Shown here one piece after another: positions 50,403-60,305 of a DNA stretch of 64,000 nt (position 1 is its first letter; each line of letters begins with the position of its first letter). The DNA is taken from positions 64,724 through 128,723 of the forward strand of contig JAIXUP010000062.1 of NCBI GenBank assembly GCA_027483505.1. Direction: 5' to 3'. The stretch is from Hyphomicrobiales bacterium (GTDB lineage: Bacteria > Pseudomonadota > Alphaproteobacteria > Rhizobiales > Beijerinckiaceae). The position numbers and the translations under genes were made by a program. The notes under the pieces are model-generated. The model was not told the DNA's origin, did no database searches, and was given only the letters and a program-made list of their open reading frames with translations.

Positions 50403-53400
50403 GCCGCAGCGGCCTCGCGCTCACGCAGCGCCTGCGCATCGCGGGGCGTGATGTCGGGATAGGCCGGGTCCGCGCTGGCGGGATCGAAATACTTCCAAGA
50501 ACGGGCGCATTTGACACCATCGGCGCGCTGGAAGACGACCGAAACGCCTTTCACGTCATCGATCCGGAAGGCGTCGGCGGGGCCCTCACCTGCCACGATC
50601 CCAATGGCGGAGGTGATCGACACCTCGGCCAGATCGACGCCGGCCAGCGCCGCGAGCAGGTCCGCATCGGCGATGAAGACCTGCGGCGCGGCTTCGAGCG
50701 ACGAGCCGATGACCTTGGCGGCGCGCTGCAGTTCGAGCGCGCCGGTGACGACGCGGCGGACCTTGCGCACCGATTCCCATTTGGCGTCGAGCGCGTCATC
50801 ACGCCAGCCGGACGGCAGATCAGCGAAGGTTTCCAGATGCACCGAGCCGCCGCTCTCCTTCAACGACGGATAACGTTCCAGCCAGGCTTCCTCCGCCGTG
50901 AACACCAGGATCGGCGCGAGCCAGACCGAGATGCAGCGGAACAGGTGATCGACGACCGTCAGCGCCGATTTGCGGACATGGCTGGAGGCCGGGTCGCAGT
51001 AGAGCGCGTCCTTGCGTACATCGAAATAGAAGGCCGACAGGTCCGCCGTCATGAACTGCGACAGCAGCGCGATGACCTTCTTGTAATCGTAGGCCGCGTA
51101 GGCCGCCTTGACCTGCCCGTCGAGTTCGCTGAGCCGGTGCAGCATCAGCCGCTCCAGCTCCGGCATCGAAGCACTGTTCGCAACCCGCTCGGAGTCGTCA
51201 AAATGCGCCAGCGTGCCCAGCATCCAGCGGATGGTGTTGCGCAGCTTGCGGTAGGTCTCCTGCATGTTCTTGAGGATTTCCGGGCCGATGCGCTGATCGT
51301 CGGAATAGTCCACCGAGGCGACCCAGAGGCGCAGGATATCGGCGCCGGACTCGGCGATGACCTTCTGCGGGGCCACGACGTTGCCGAGCGACTTCGACAT
51401 TTTCTGGCCCTTCTCATCCATGGTGAAGCCATGGGTGAGCACCACATCGAAGGGCGGGCGGCCGCGCGTGCCGCAGCTCTCGATCAGCGAGGAATGGAAC
51501 CAGCCGCGATGCTGGTCCGAGCCTTCGAGATACATCACCGTGTCGCGCCCGCCATCGACCTTGCGCTTCGTTCCGGCGAGATCAGGGAAATGAACCGCGT
51601 CTTCCAGCACGTAGGCGTGGGTCGAGCCTGAATCGAACCAGACGTCGAGAACGTCATTGACCTTCTCGAAATCGGCTGCCCGATAGCCGAAGGGACTGAG
51701 GAAACGCGCGCCGTCGGAGCTGGCGAACCAGGCGTCGCCGCCATCCTGTTCAAAGGCTTCGCCGATGGCGTGGTTGACCCGTTCATCGCGCAGGATTTCA
51801 CCTTCCTTGAGGCCATGGGCCGGAAGGTCATGCCGCGCCACGAACACGGTGATCGGCACGCCCCAGGCGCGCTGGCGCGAGACGACCCAGTCGGGCTTGG
51901 CCTCGATCATGCCGCGGATGCGGTTCTCGCCCGAGGCCGGCACCCATTCCGTCGCCCTGATGCCGGCCAGCGAGGCCTCGCGCAGGGTCGGCATCGCGCC
52001 GCCTGCGGCGAACGGCTTGTCCATCGCGATGAACCATTGCGGCGTGTTGCGGAAGATGACCGGCTTCTTCGAGCGCCAGGAGTGCGGATACTGGTGCTTG
52101 AGGCGGCCGCGCGCGAACAGCCGCCCGGCGTCGATCAAGGCCTTGATCACCGCTTCGTTGGCGTCGCCCTTGTCGCCCTTGTCGGTGATGACGGAGCGGC
52201 CTTCGAAGCCGGGGGCATCCCTGGTGTAGAGCCCGTCCGGGCCGACCGTGTAGGGGATGTCGGTCGGGATGCCATGGGCGCGCAGCATTTGCTGCGTGTC
52301 CGCCCGCATCCAGATGTCGAAGTCCTCGCGGCCATGGCCGGGCGCGGTATGCACGAAGCCGGTGCCGGCGTCGTCGGTGACATGATCGCCGTCGAGCAGG
52401 GGCACATCGAAATCATAGCCATGGCCGGCGAGCGGATGGGCGCAGGTGAGGTTCGAGAGTGTGTTTGAACTCACCCCCATCACTCGGTTCAGCGTAACCT
52501 TCGCCTGCCCAGCGACGACCTCCGCCAACTTGTCAGCGAGAATGTAGCGTGCGCCGGGCTGTGGGCCGAAATCGCGCTCGGCAGCCGTCACTTCGTACAA
52601 ACCATAGGCGATCCTGTTGTTGAACGAGATCGCGCGGTTGCCGGGGATGGTCCAGGGCGTGGTGGTCCAGATGAGGATGGATGCACTTTTGATCAATTTG
52701 AATTGTTCAGTTGGGTTTGGATTGTCGCTCGCCCAAGCCGCCATGGCTTGTATGTCCTTCACCCCAAACGCCACCCAGACCATGTCGCTCTGATAGTCGT
52801 GGTATTCGATCTCGGCTTCGGCCAGCGCAGTGCGTTCGACCACGCTCCACATCACCGGCTTGGAGCCGCGATAGAGCAGGCCGTTCATCGAGAACTTCAT
52901 CAGCTCGCGGGCGATCTGGGCTTCCGCCGGATAGGTCATGGTGAGGTAGGGCTTGTCCCAGTCGCCCTCGACGCCGAGGCGCTTGAACTGCTCGCGCTGC
53001 ACGCCGACCCAATGCTCGGCGAAGGCGCGGCATTCCTTGCGGAACTCGATCAGCGGCACCTCGTCCTTGTTCTTGCCCCTGGCGCGGTACTGCTCCTCGA
53101 TCTTCCATTCGATCGGCAGGCCGTGGCAGTCCCAGCCCGGCACATAGTTGGAGTCATAGCCCGCCATCTGGGCGGAGCGGACCACCAGATCCTTCAGGAT
53201 CTTGTTGAGCGCATGGCCAATGTGGATGTCGCCATTGGCGTAGGGCGGGCCGTCATGCAGCACGAAGCGGTCGCGGCCCCTGGCGGCCTGCCGGAGCTGG
53301 CCGTAGAGGTTGGTCGCGGCCCAGCGTTCGAGCAGCAGCGGCTCGCGCTGGGGCAGGCCAGCGCGCATCGGGAAATCGGTCTGCGGCAGGTTCAGCGTGG

Positions 53401-53449
53401 CGGAATAGTCGCGCGCCTCACCGGCTGTGGTCTTGGGTGCATCGGTCAT
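50399..53449 (-). CDS. ileS: Isoleucine--tRNA ligase (type 1)
   Basis: [48 protein letters not shown]. Confidence 0.97.
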   Translation of the reverse strand: MTDAPKTTAGEARDYSATLNLPQTDFPMRAGLPQREPLLLERWAATNLYGQLRQAARGRDRFVLHDGPPYANGDIHIGHALNKILKDLVVRSAQMAGYDSNYVPGWDCHGLPIEWKIEEQYRARGKNKDEVPLIEFRKECRAFAEHWVGVQREQFKRLGVEGDWDKPYLTMTYPAEAQIARELMKFSMNGLLYRGSKPVMWSVVERTALAEAEIEYHDYQSDMVWVAFGVKDIQAMAAWASDNPNPTEQFKLIKSASILIWTTTPWTIPGNRAISFNNRIAYGLYEVTAAERDFGPQPGARYILADKLAEVVAGQAKVTLNRVMGVSSNTLSNLTCAHPLAGHGYDFDVPLLDGDHVTDDAGTGFVHTAPGHGREDFDIWMRADTQQMLRAHGIPTDIPYTVGPDGLYTRDAPGFEGRSVITDKGDKGDANEAVIKALIDAGRLFARGRLKHQYPHSWRSKKPVIFRNTPQWFIAMDKPFAAGGAMPTLREASLAGIRATEWVPASGENRIRGMIEAKPDWVVSRQRAWGVPITVFVARHDLPAHGLKEGEILRDERVNHAIGEAFEQDGGDAWFASSDGARFLSPFGYRAADFEKVNDVLDVWFDSGSTHAYVLEDAVHFPDLAGTKRKVDGGRDTVMYLEGSDQHRGWFHSSLIESCGTRGRPPFDVVLTHGFTMDEKGQKMSKSLGNVVAPQKVIAESGADILRLWVASVDYSDDQRIGPEILKNMQETYRKLRNTIRWMLGTLAHFDDSERVANSASMPELERLMLHRLSELDGQVKAAYAAYDYKKVIALLSQFMTADLSAFYFDVRKDALYCDPASSHVRKSALTVVDHLFRCISVWLAPILVFTAEEAWLERYPSLKESGGSVHLETFADLPSGWRDDALDAKWESVRKVRRVVTGALELQRAAKVIGSSLEAAPQVFIADADLLAALAGVDLAEVSITSAIGIVAGEGPADAFRIDDVKGVSVVFQRADGVKCARSWKYFDPASADPAYPDITPRDAQALREREAAAA

Positions 53450-53648
53450 GGGTGTTCACTGGACTGGAATGATCGGGTCAGCGCGAGGCTGGCGGCATAA
53501 CGGCAATCCCGGCCCGTCGGCGCCCGTTACAGGGCGCGAGGGACCGGGCCGGTAATTCGCGAGGCTGCGGCGGATTGCCTGTGGCGCTGACACATCATGG
53601 CGCGTCCATAGCACCGCCGCGCGCGCTGCGGAAGGGCGCGCCGCCGTC

Positions 53649-55367
53649 TCAGGCAGCCTTGATGCTGGAGATGTGATGGCTGATCGCCTTGCGCAGCGTC
53701 TCGGCGGTCTCGACCACGCGGTCGGCCACCTGCTCGAGATCGGAGGCCGCGAAGGAGGTTTTGCTGGAGGCCGCATCGACGGCCACAATGGCGTTGTTCA
53801 CATCCGTGCTGGAATTGGCCGCGTCCATGATCGAGCGGGCGATCTCCTGGGTGGCGGCGCCCTGCTGCTCGACCGCGCCCGCGATCGAGATGGTGATCTT
53901 GTCGATGGTGGCGATGGTGTCGCCAATGCCGCCGATCGCGCCGACGGCCTGATCGGTCGCCGACTGCATTTCCTCAACCTGGCGACGGATTTCATCGGTG
54001 GCGCGGGCGGTCTGGCTGGCGAGCTGCTTGACCTCCTGGGCAACGACCGCGAAGCCGCGCCCGGCCTCACCGGCGCGGGCCGCCTCGATGGTGGCGTTGA
54101 GCGCCAGAAGGTTGGTCTGCTCGGCAATGCTGGTGATCAGGGTGACGACCTCGCCGATGCGGGCGCTCGACGAGGCAAGCACGCCGACAAGGCTGCGGGT
54201 CTGGTCCATGGCGCTGACAGCCTTGGCCGTGACCGATGAACCGCGCGAGATCTGCTGGCTGATGTCGGCAATCACGACGTTCAGTTCCTCGGCGGCTGCG
54301 GCCGCCGTGCGCACGCTTTCCGATGATCCGGAGGATGCGGTGCTGGCGGCGCCAAGCTGCCATGTCGTCATCTCGGCTGCGCCGCGCAACTGCTCGGCGC
54401 TCTGGCGCAGCATGTTGGTGGATTCCAGCACGCTGGCGACGGACTCGTTCACCACCATGTTGAGTTCGCCGGCAGCGGCCTCCAGCGCTCCGGCGCGGCG
54501 GGCCTGCGCTTCGGTTTCGCGGGCATTGTGCTCGTACATCATCGATTTCTCGATCAGCGACACCCTGAGCGCCTCCAGCGATCGGGCCATGATCCCGAAG
54601 GCGTCATCGCGGGTGCGGCCTTCCACGATGGTGGACAGCCTGTCCGCGCCGAGGTCGTTCACCGTCCGCGCCAGCGCCGACAGCGGCCTCAACCCCCATG
54701 TCACCATCAGAAAGCCAAGCACGGCGCCGGCACTGGCGAGCGCGACGCTGGCCAGGATGATGCCGCGGTCGATGGCGGCGGCCTGGGCAGACACATCCTC
54801 AATGCGCGTGCCGACATGCAGGGCGCCGACGACATCGCCGTCCGCCTGCAGGATCGGCACGAACAGCGTGTAGTAATCCGTTCCGTAGAAGCTGCCCTTC
54901 CCTCTCGCCACCTGCCCAGCCCGCAACTCGCGGAAGGCATGGTGCTCGGGGCCGAGCGTTTCACCGGTCGCGCGGGTGTTGTCCGTCCGCCGTATTGTGG
55001 TTGAAACCCGTTCGAATTCGCCGCGCGCACGATCCCATTTGAACAGGGCGACCTTGCCGCCGACAATGCTCAGGACCTGATCCACAAAGCGATGGTCGGA
55101 GATGTCGGGGAAGGCCGCGATGCGGATGCGATCCACACCCGCCGGGGAAAACAGGACGTCAGTGCCGGGATAGGCCGCGCGCATGATGTGCGCAGCGACG
55201 CGCATCGCCGTGTCCTGGGTCTGGAGAGACTGCCTGTAGATGCCATGTTCGACCGATGAGACGGCCCAGGAGCTGATCGCTGCCACGCTGGCCGCAACCA
55301 GCAACGCCACACCCATCGCCATCCTGATCCGCAAGGACACGCGCGACATCAAGCCAACCAATTTCAT
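53649..55367 (-). CDS. Methyl-accepting chemotaxis protein (TM - periplasmic Cache-like - TM - HAMP - MA)
   Basis: [34 protein letters not shown] signalling core; two TM helices. Confidence 0.92.
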   Translation of the reverse strand: MKLVGLMSRVSLRIRMAMGVALLVAASVAAISSWAVSSVEHGIYRQSLQTQDTAMRVAAHIMRAAYPGTDVLFSPAGVDRIRIAAFPDISDHRFVDQVLSIVGGKVALFKWDRARGEFERVSTTIRRTDNTRATGETLGPEHHAFRELRAGQVARGKGSFYGTDYYTLFVPILQADGDVVGALHVGTRIEDVSAQAAAIDRGIILASVALASAGAVLGFLMVTWGLRPLSALARTVNDLGADRLSTIVEGRTRDDAFGIMARSLEALRVSLIEKSMMYEHNARETEAQARRAGALEAAAGELNMVVNESVASVLESTNMLRQSAEQLRGAAEMTTWQLGAASTASSGSSESVRTAAAAAEELNVVIADISQQISRGSSVTAKAVSAMDQTRSLVGVLASSSARIGEVVTLITSIAEQTNLLALNATIEAARAGEAGRGFAVVAQEVKQLASQTARATDEIRRQVEEMQSATDQAVGAIGGIGDTIATIDKITISIAGAVEQQGAATQEIARSIMDAANSSTDVNNAIVAVDAASSKTSFAASDLEQVADRVVETAETLRKAISHHISSIKAA

Positions 55368-55457
55368 CGCAGAACCACTCTCCTCGGCGACAAGGAGATT
55401 TGATCCAGTTTGGTTAACGAATGGACAACAAAGCGGCACGGCCGGCACGCGATCCGC

Positions 55458-56417
55458 TCATCCGAGCTGCCGCCTGGCCTCGGCTGAATCACACTGCATC
55501 TGCCCGATCAGGGCGTCGACGGAATCGAACTTCTGTTCGGCGCGGACGAAGCCGGCAAAGCGCACGTCGAGCACCTTGCCGTAGAGATCGCCGGCAAAAT
55601 CGAACAGAAAGGTTTCGAGGCGGGGCGCGCCGTCATCGAAGGTGGGACGCCGGCCAAAGCTTGCGACAGCCTGATGCCAGACATCGCCGAGCCTGACCTC
55701 GACGGCATAGATCCCGTGGCGAAGCTGGTTGTCGGCGGGCAGAACCATATTGGCCGTGGGAAAGCCGAGCAGGCGACCGCGCTTGTCGCCATGGACAACC
55801 TCGGCCCGGATGGTCCAGCGCCGCCCGAGCAGGAGATTGGCCGCAGCCACATCGCCGTCAGCGAGGGCCTGGCGAATGCGCGAGGACGAGATCACCTGCC
55901 CGGATGCGTCATGAACCGGGTCAAGCGCTCGCACGGGCCGCCCGATGCTGCCGAAAGCCGCTTTCAGCATCGCCACATCCCCAGACCGGGCCTTGCCGAA
56001 GGCGAAATCCGAACCCACGACCAGCGCTGCGGCATCCAGCCCCTCAAGGAGCAGTTCATCGATGAAGCCCGTCGCGCTGAGCGAGGCCACGTCGCGGTTG
56101 AAGGCGAGTTCCAGCACATGGGCGCAACCGTTCTCCCACGCCAGTTCGCGCTTGATCGGAGGCGGCGTCAGGCGGAACACCGGCTGTTCGGGGCGAAACA
56201 GGGTGCGCGGGTGCGGCTCGAAGGTCAGCAAGGCGAGCGGACGGTTCAACGCGGCGCCAAGGGCACGCCCCTCCGCCAGAAGCGCCTGATGGCCGAGATG
56301 CACGCCATCGAAGTTGCCGACCGCCAGGACACAGCCGCGCACCGGCGCGCCCTGCAGCCCTCGATCAGTCCAGGCGAGGGCTGATGCCTTGGCCACGGGG
56401 AATTCGTCAGTCGTCAA
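55458..56417 (-). CDS. ribF: Bifunctional riboflavin kinase / FAD synthetase
   Basis: GNFDGVHLGH, TFEPHP, ISSSRIR, GFPTAN, GRRPTF, LETFLFDF. Confidence 0.95.
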   Translation of the reverse strand: MTTDEFPVAKASALAWTDRGLQGAPVRGCVLAVGNFDGVHLGHQALLAEGRALGAALNRPLALLTFEPHPRTLFRPEQPVFRLTPPPIKRELAWENGCAHVLELAFNRDVASLSATGFIDELLLEGLDAAALVVGSDFAFGKARSGDVAMLKAAFGSIGRPVRALDPVHDASGQVISSSRIRQALADGDVAAANLLLGRRWTIRAEVVHGDKRGRLLGFPTANMVLPADNQLRHGIYAVEVRLGDVWHQAVASFGRRPTFDDGAPRLETFLFDFAGDLYGKVLDVRFAGFVRAEQKFDSVDALIGQMQCDSAEARRQLG

Positions 56418-56484
56418 GAGCGTCTCGATCTGTCAGCAGCCATATGGCGGCTTCGGTGACGTGAAGCCAAGCTTTCGTCAAGCC

Positions 56485-56525
56485 GTCAGCCCTGCGCCAG
56501 GGCTGACGCTTAACGCGTTATCAAC
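56485..56525 (+). promoter_or_regulatory. 10 bp inverted repeat followed by a near-consensus CtrA box upstream of cheY
   Basis: GTCAGCCCTG-CGC-CAGGGCTGAC (56485-56507), then TTAA-N7-TCAAC (56510-56525), one mismatch from TTAA-N7-TTAAC. Confidence 0.45.
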
Positions 56526-56618
56526 CCGCCTGAGCTATCTCCGAACGAGCATGGTCTGCTCTCTGGCCTGCAACTCACCATTGCTTGCCGTCGCCCATGC
56601 GTTCACGGAGTACGTCTT

Positions 56619-57002
56619 ATGGCCCTTGATACGTCTATGCCGATCCTGGTTGTGGATGATTACCAGACCATGGTTCGCATCATCAAGAACCTGCTCAAGC
56701 AGCTGGGTTTTGAGGACGTCGACGATGCCGCTGACGGAACCGCGGCGCTCGGCAAGCTCAAGGAGAAGAAATACGGCCTCGTCATCTCCGACTGGAACAT
56801 GGAGCCGATGACCGGCTACGAACTGCTGCGCCATGTGCGCTCCGATGACGGCCTGCGTTCGACGCCGTTCATCATGGTGACGGCCGAGTCGAAGACGGAA
56901 AACGTGATTGCCGCCAAGAAAGCCGGCGTGAACAACTACATCGTCAAGCCGTTCAACGCCCAGACGCTGAAGGCCAAGATCGAGGCCGTCGTCGGCATCT
57001 GA
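56619..57002 (+). CDS. cheY: CheY-like single-domain response regulator
   Basis: ILVVDD, LVISDWNMEPMTG, MVTAE, YIVKPF. Confidence 0.92.
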   Translation: MALDTSMPILVVDDYQTMVRIIKNLLKQLGFEDVDDAADGTAALGKLKEKKYGLVISDWNMEPMTGYELLRHVRSDDGLRSTPFIMVTAESKTENVIAAKKAGVNNYIVKPFNAQTLKAKIEAVVGI

Positions 57003-57034
57003 CGGATGCGGCGGCCCGTTCGAAAGGTGGAGCC

Positions 57035-57571
57035 ATGACGCCGGGCGGCGTAGACCAACGGCAGCCGGAACGGCCGGAGCCGGCGCGGGACCCAGGCGGC
57101 GCGGCAGCCTATATTGCCGAATTGAGGGCGGCGATCAACGGGCTGGGCCTGCTCGACCTTGCCGAACGCAACCTCGGGGCGGCCCACCTCGACATTGACG
57201 ACGTGCTCGGCCAGACCCGCAAGGTGGCCGATGTCATGCTCGAAACGGCCGAATGCCTGCTTGGCAGCACCGCCACAGGGCAGGCCTACAAAGCGCTGGT
57301 CGAGGATCGCATGATCGGCCTGATGGAGGCGAGCGGCTTTCAGGACCTGACGGGCCAACGCCTGAACCGCATCGTCCATTCGCTGCACGCCATCGAGGAG
57401 CGGCTTCGCCTTTTCGCGGCGCATGTCGAGGCGCAGGACGGCGAAATCCGCCTTGGCACCCATGAATTGCTGCGCAAGTCCCGCGAGATGGACCAGCTGC
57501 TCGCCGGCCCCGGCGCGCCGGGCGCCATGACCCAGGACGGCATTGACGCGTTGATGAGTCTGGCGGGTTGA
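57035..57571 (+). CDS. cheZ: CheZ-like phosphatase (alphaproteobacterial type)
   Basis: MEASGFQDLTGQR (DxxxQ catalytic motif), C-terminal LLAGP..MTQDGIDAL peptide; follows cheY. Confidence 0.8.
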   Translation: MTPGGVDQRQPERPEPARDPGGAAAYIAELRAAINGLGLLDLAERNLGAAHLDIDDVLGQTRKVADVMLETAECLLGSTATGQAYKALVEDRMIGLMEASGFQDLTGQRLNRIVHSLHAIEERLRLFAAHVEAQDGEIRLGTHELLRKSREMDQLLAGPGAPGAMTQDGIDALMSLAG

Positions 57572-57581
57572 GCAGGCCCAC

Positions 57582-58466
57582 CTACCAGCTCAGGCGGGGC
57601 ATCACGTAGCGCGGCCTGACCTGCTGGGTGGCGAGCCAGGGGCCGAAACCCCGGAGCCAGTCCTCGCCGCCGACATCGGCCCAGTGAATCCCCTCAAACA
57701 GCAAGATCGCCTCGATGCCGAACGCATTGGCGCCGGCCACATCGGTCCGCAGCGCATCCCCGACAGCGCGGACACGGGCGGGATCGGCCCGAGCGCCCCG
57801 TACATTTTCCGCAAGCGCCAGCGCGCGCTCGTAGACCGGGCGATGCGGCTTGCCCGCATAGATCGCCTGGCCGCCGAGCTGCTCATAAGCCAACGCCATC
57901 GCGCCAGCGCAGGGGATCAGCCGGTCGCCGCGCTCGACGATCAGGTCCGGGTTGGCGCAGATCATCACAAGTCCACGCTCCGCCATCCGGGCCAGCGTCG
58001 CCGCATAGTCCGCAGGCGTCTCGCGCTCATCGTCGGTGAAGCCCGTGCAGATGCAGTAGGAGGCCTCGTCGATTCCGGCCAGCGTCATGTCCAGCCCCTT
58101 GAACAGGGTGTGGTCGCGGTCCGGTCCGAGATGGAGCACCTTCTGGCCGGCGCGCTCCGTGATCAGCCCGCGCGTGACGTCGCCGGAGGTGACGATGGCG
58201 TCGAAGACATCCCGCGGAACGCCAAAACCCATCATCTGGGGAATGACATCGACCGACGGGCGCGGCGAATTCGAGACCATGACGACGGTTCCGCCGGCGG
58301 CGCGAAATCGCTGCAAGGCCGAGCAGGCGGCGGGGTGGGCGCGGTGGCCGTTGTGGACCACGCCCCAGACATCGCAGATCAGCACATCAGTGCTGGCGGC
58401 GAGCCCGGCGAATCCGGACAGGAGTTCGGGCCTGTCGCCACGGTCCGCCACAGTCTGGCTCATCAT
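57582..58466 (-). CDS. HAD-superfamily class IIA hydrolase (TIGR01459-like)
   Basis: CDVWGVVHNG, VSNSPR, CANPD, GKPH, VGDALRTDVAGA. Confidence 0.88.
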   Translation of the reverse strand: MMSQTVADRGDRPELLSGFAGLAASTDVLICDVWGVVHNGHRAHPAACSALQRFRAAGGTVVMVSNSPRPSVDVIPQMMGFGVPRDVFDAIVTSGDVTRGLITERAGQKVLHLGPDRDHTLFKGLDMTLAGIDEASYCICTGFTDDERETPADYAATLARMAERGLVMICANPDLIVERGDRLIPCAGAMALAYEQLGGQAIYAGKPHRPVYERALALAENVRGARADPARVRAVGDALRTDVAGANAFGIEAILLFEGIHWADVGGEDWLRGFGPWLATQQVRPRYVMPRLSW

Positions 58467-58567
58467 CGTCCCTCAAGGCTCGTTGCGGGACGGCCGCCCA
58501 CATCCATCACCAAAGCGACGTTGCAGTGGCCGAGAGCGCCCTCATCGTCAAGTGCCGCCCGCGCGTC

Positions 58568-60052
58568 TCAGGCGCTGGCGCGGCGCAGGGTGGCCCTGAA
58601 CGGAATGCGCTCGGCTTCGGGCTCAGGACGGCGCACGGCCGGCGGCGCCGCGGGCTCCGCCGGCGCGGCCTCGGCTGGCGGGCGGCTGGCCTGCTGCGCG
58701 GCAGGCAGGAAGACATCCGGCCGCACCGGCCTTGGCGCCGATATGGCGAGGCCCTGCGCCAGCCTTACGTCAAGGTCGAGCAGATCGGCCACCTGCCTGT
58801 CGCTCTCGGCCTGCTCGCCGATGATCTCGATTCCCGCCCGCCGCATGAGCAGCGCGAAGTCAGCCATATCGACATCCAGGCCGGCGTTCCCCGCTGCTTC
58901 CCCCGCCAGAACCCTGGCCGGCAGCTTGACGAAACGGACGCCGCGCTCGGACAGCGAGGCCGGATCAAAGCGCAGGTCGACGACCTGATCGACAGCGAAA
59001 CGGATGCCTTTGGCAGAGATCGCGCCGATGATGCCGAGCCGCGTGGGATCGAGCTGGCGGAAAATTCGTTGCGGAATGTCGATCACGAGGCGCGCGGCGT
59101 GGCTCTGGTAGGCTTCGAGGACGCGCGCGATCGAGCCGAGCGAGCGGGCCTCCGCCCAGGTGCTCGGCGACAGGTTGATCGACAGGAATTCGTCCGCGCC
59201 CTTGGCGTTGAGATGGCCCGCAATGGCCAGCGACTGGGTGAGGACCTGGGCGTCGAGGCTGGCGGCCTGGCCGGTGCGCTCGATGACGGGAATGAACTCC
59301 CCCGGCATCAGCAGGGCGCCGTCGCCCAGACGCAGGCGCGCCAGAACCTCGTAGCCGACGGTCCGGCGCTGGGGCAAGGCGGCGATGGGCTGCAAATGCA
59401 CCTCGACGCCGCCGGCATCGAAGGCATCAATGATGGGCTGCAATCTTGCCTGCTCGCGGCGCGCCATGTCCGCGTCGACGACGTGGGCCGGCTCGGCCGT
59501 CAGCACGGGCTGTGAGGCTGGCTGGGCGGCAGGTTTGGCAGCCGCGCCGCCGGGGTTCGGCCTGCCCGCTGACGCCCGCGCCTCCTCCGCATCGGCGATC
59601 CGCCTTTCATGTTCCGACACGGCCGTGGCGACGTCACGCAGGACGCCGCCCAGAAGGCCGACTTCCGCCGTCAACTCCGACAGGGCCAGCCGTGTCGGCG
59701 CGATGTCGGCCTCCCTCAGCGGTTCGGAGTTGATCCGCGACTGCAATCCTTCGAGCTTGATCCGGGTGGCGCCGAGCCGCACGTTCAGCTCCCCGACATT
59801 GCGCGCGATAGCCTCGGCCTCCCGGCGGCGGCCAGCGTCCAGAGCCAGCATGGCGGATAGAACCGACAGGCCGAGCACGACGATGGCAGCGGGAAGCGCA
59901 AAGGCCGCCGGCAGGACCATGGCGAGGCCGGCGCCCGCAAGCATGCCGACCACGGTGCTGATGAGGGGGGCGCGCAAGGCAGGTTCGATGCGCGGCAGCA
60001 GGCGGCGCTCGCCGTGTCGCGCAAGGGATATCGAATCGGGCGCATCAGCCAT
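58568..60052 (-). CDS. Membrane protein with coiled coil and degenerate EAL domain (TipF-like)
   Basis: Two N-terminal TM helices, coiled coil, LQPI..YEVLARL, SINLS; loop 6 is VDQVVD rather than DDFGTG. Confidence 0.75.
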   Translation of the reverse strand: MADAPDSISLARHGERRLLPRIEPALRAPLISTVVGMLAGAGLAMVLPAAFALPAAIVVLGLSVLSAMLALDAGRRREAEAIARNVGELNVRLGATRIKLEGLQSRINSEPLREADIAPTRLALSELTAEVGLLGGVLRDVATAVSEHERRIADAEEARASAGRPNPGGAAAKPAAQPASQPVLTAEPAHVVDADMARREQARLQPIIDAFDAGGVEVHLQPIAALPQRRTVGYEVLARLRLGDGALLMPGEFIPVIERTGQAASLDAQVLTQSLAIAGHLNAKGADEFLSINLSPSTWAEARSLGSIARVLEAYQSHAARLVIDIPQRIFRQLDPTRLGIIGAISAKGIRFAVDQVVDLRFDPASLSERGVRFVKLPARVLAGEAAGNAGLDVDMADFALLMRRAGIEIIGEQAESDRQVADLLDLDVRLAQGLAISAPRPVRPDVFLPAAQQASRPPAEAAPAEPAAPPAVRRPEPEAERIPFRATLRRASA

Positions 60053-60305
60053 GCTTCAACCTCAAAAAGACGACAATCCGCATCGTGTCAGCGCGCGCGA
60101 ATCACCAAGCTGAAGCCTACGACAGGTGCCGGATTATCGACAGCCACGCCGTTCCCGGCGGCACTGGCCAGCACACCCGCGCGATCACGCTGCCAGCGGG
60201 GCCCCAGCCATGCCGCCGCAGCGGTTTACTTGGGCGGCAAGCTTGGTACGGTGCGTCACGACACGCTGACCTTCCACCGCACGCGCCATCCGTCAGGAGC
60301 CTTCC

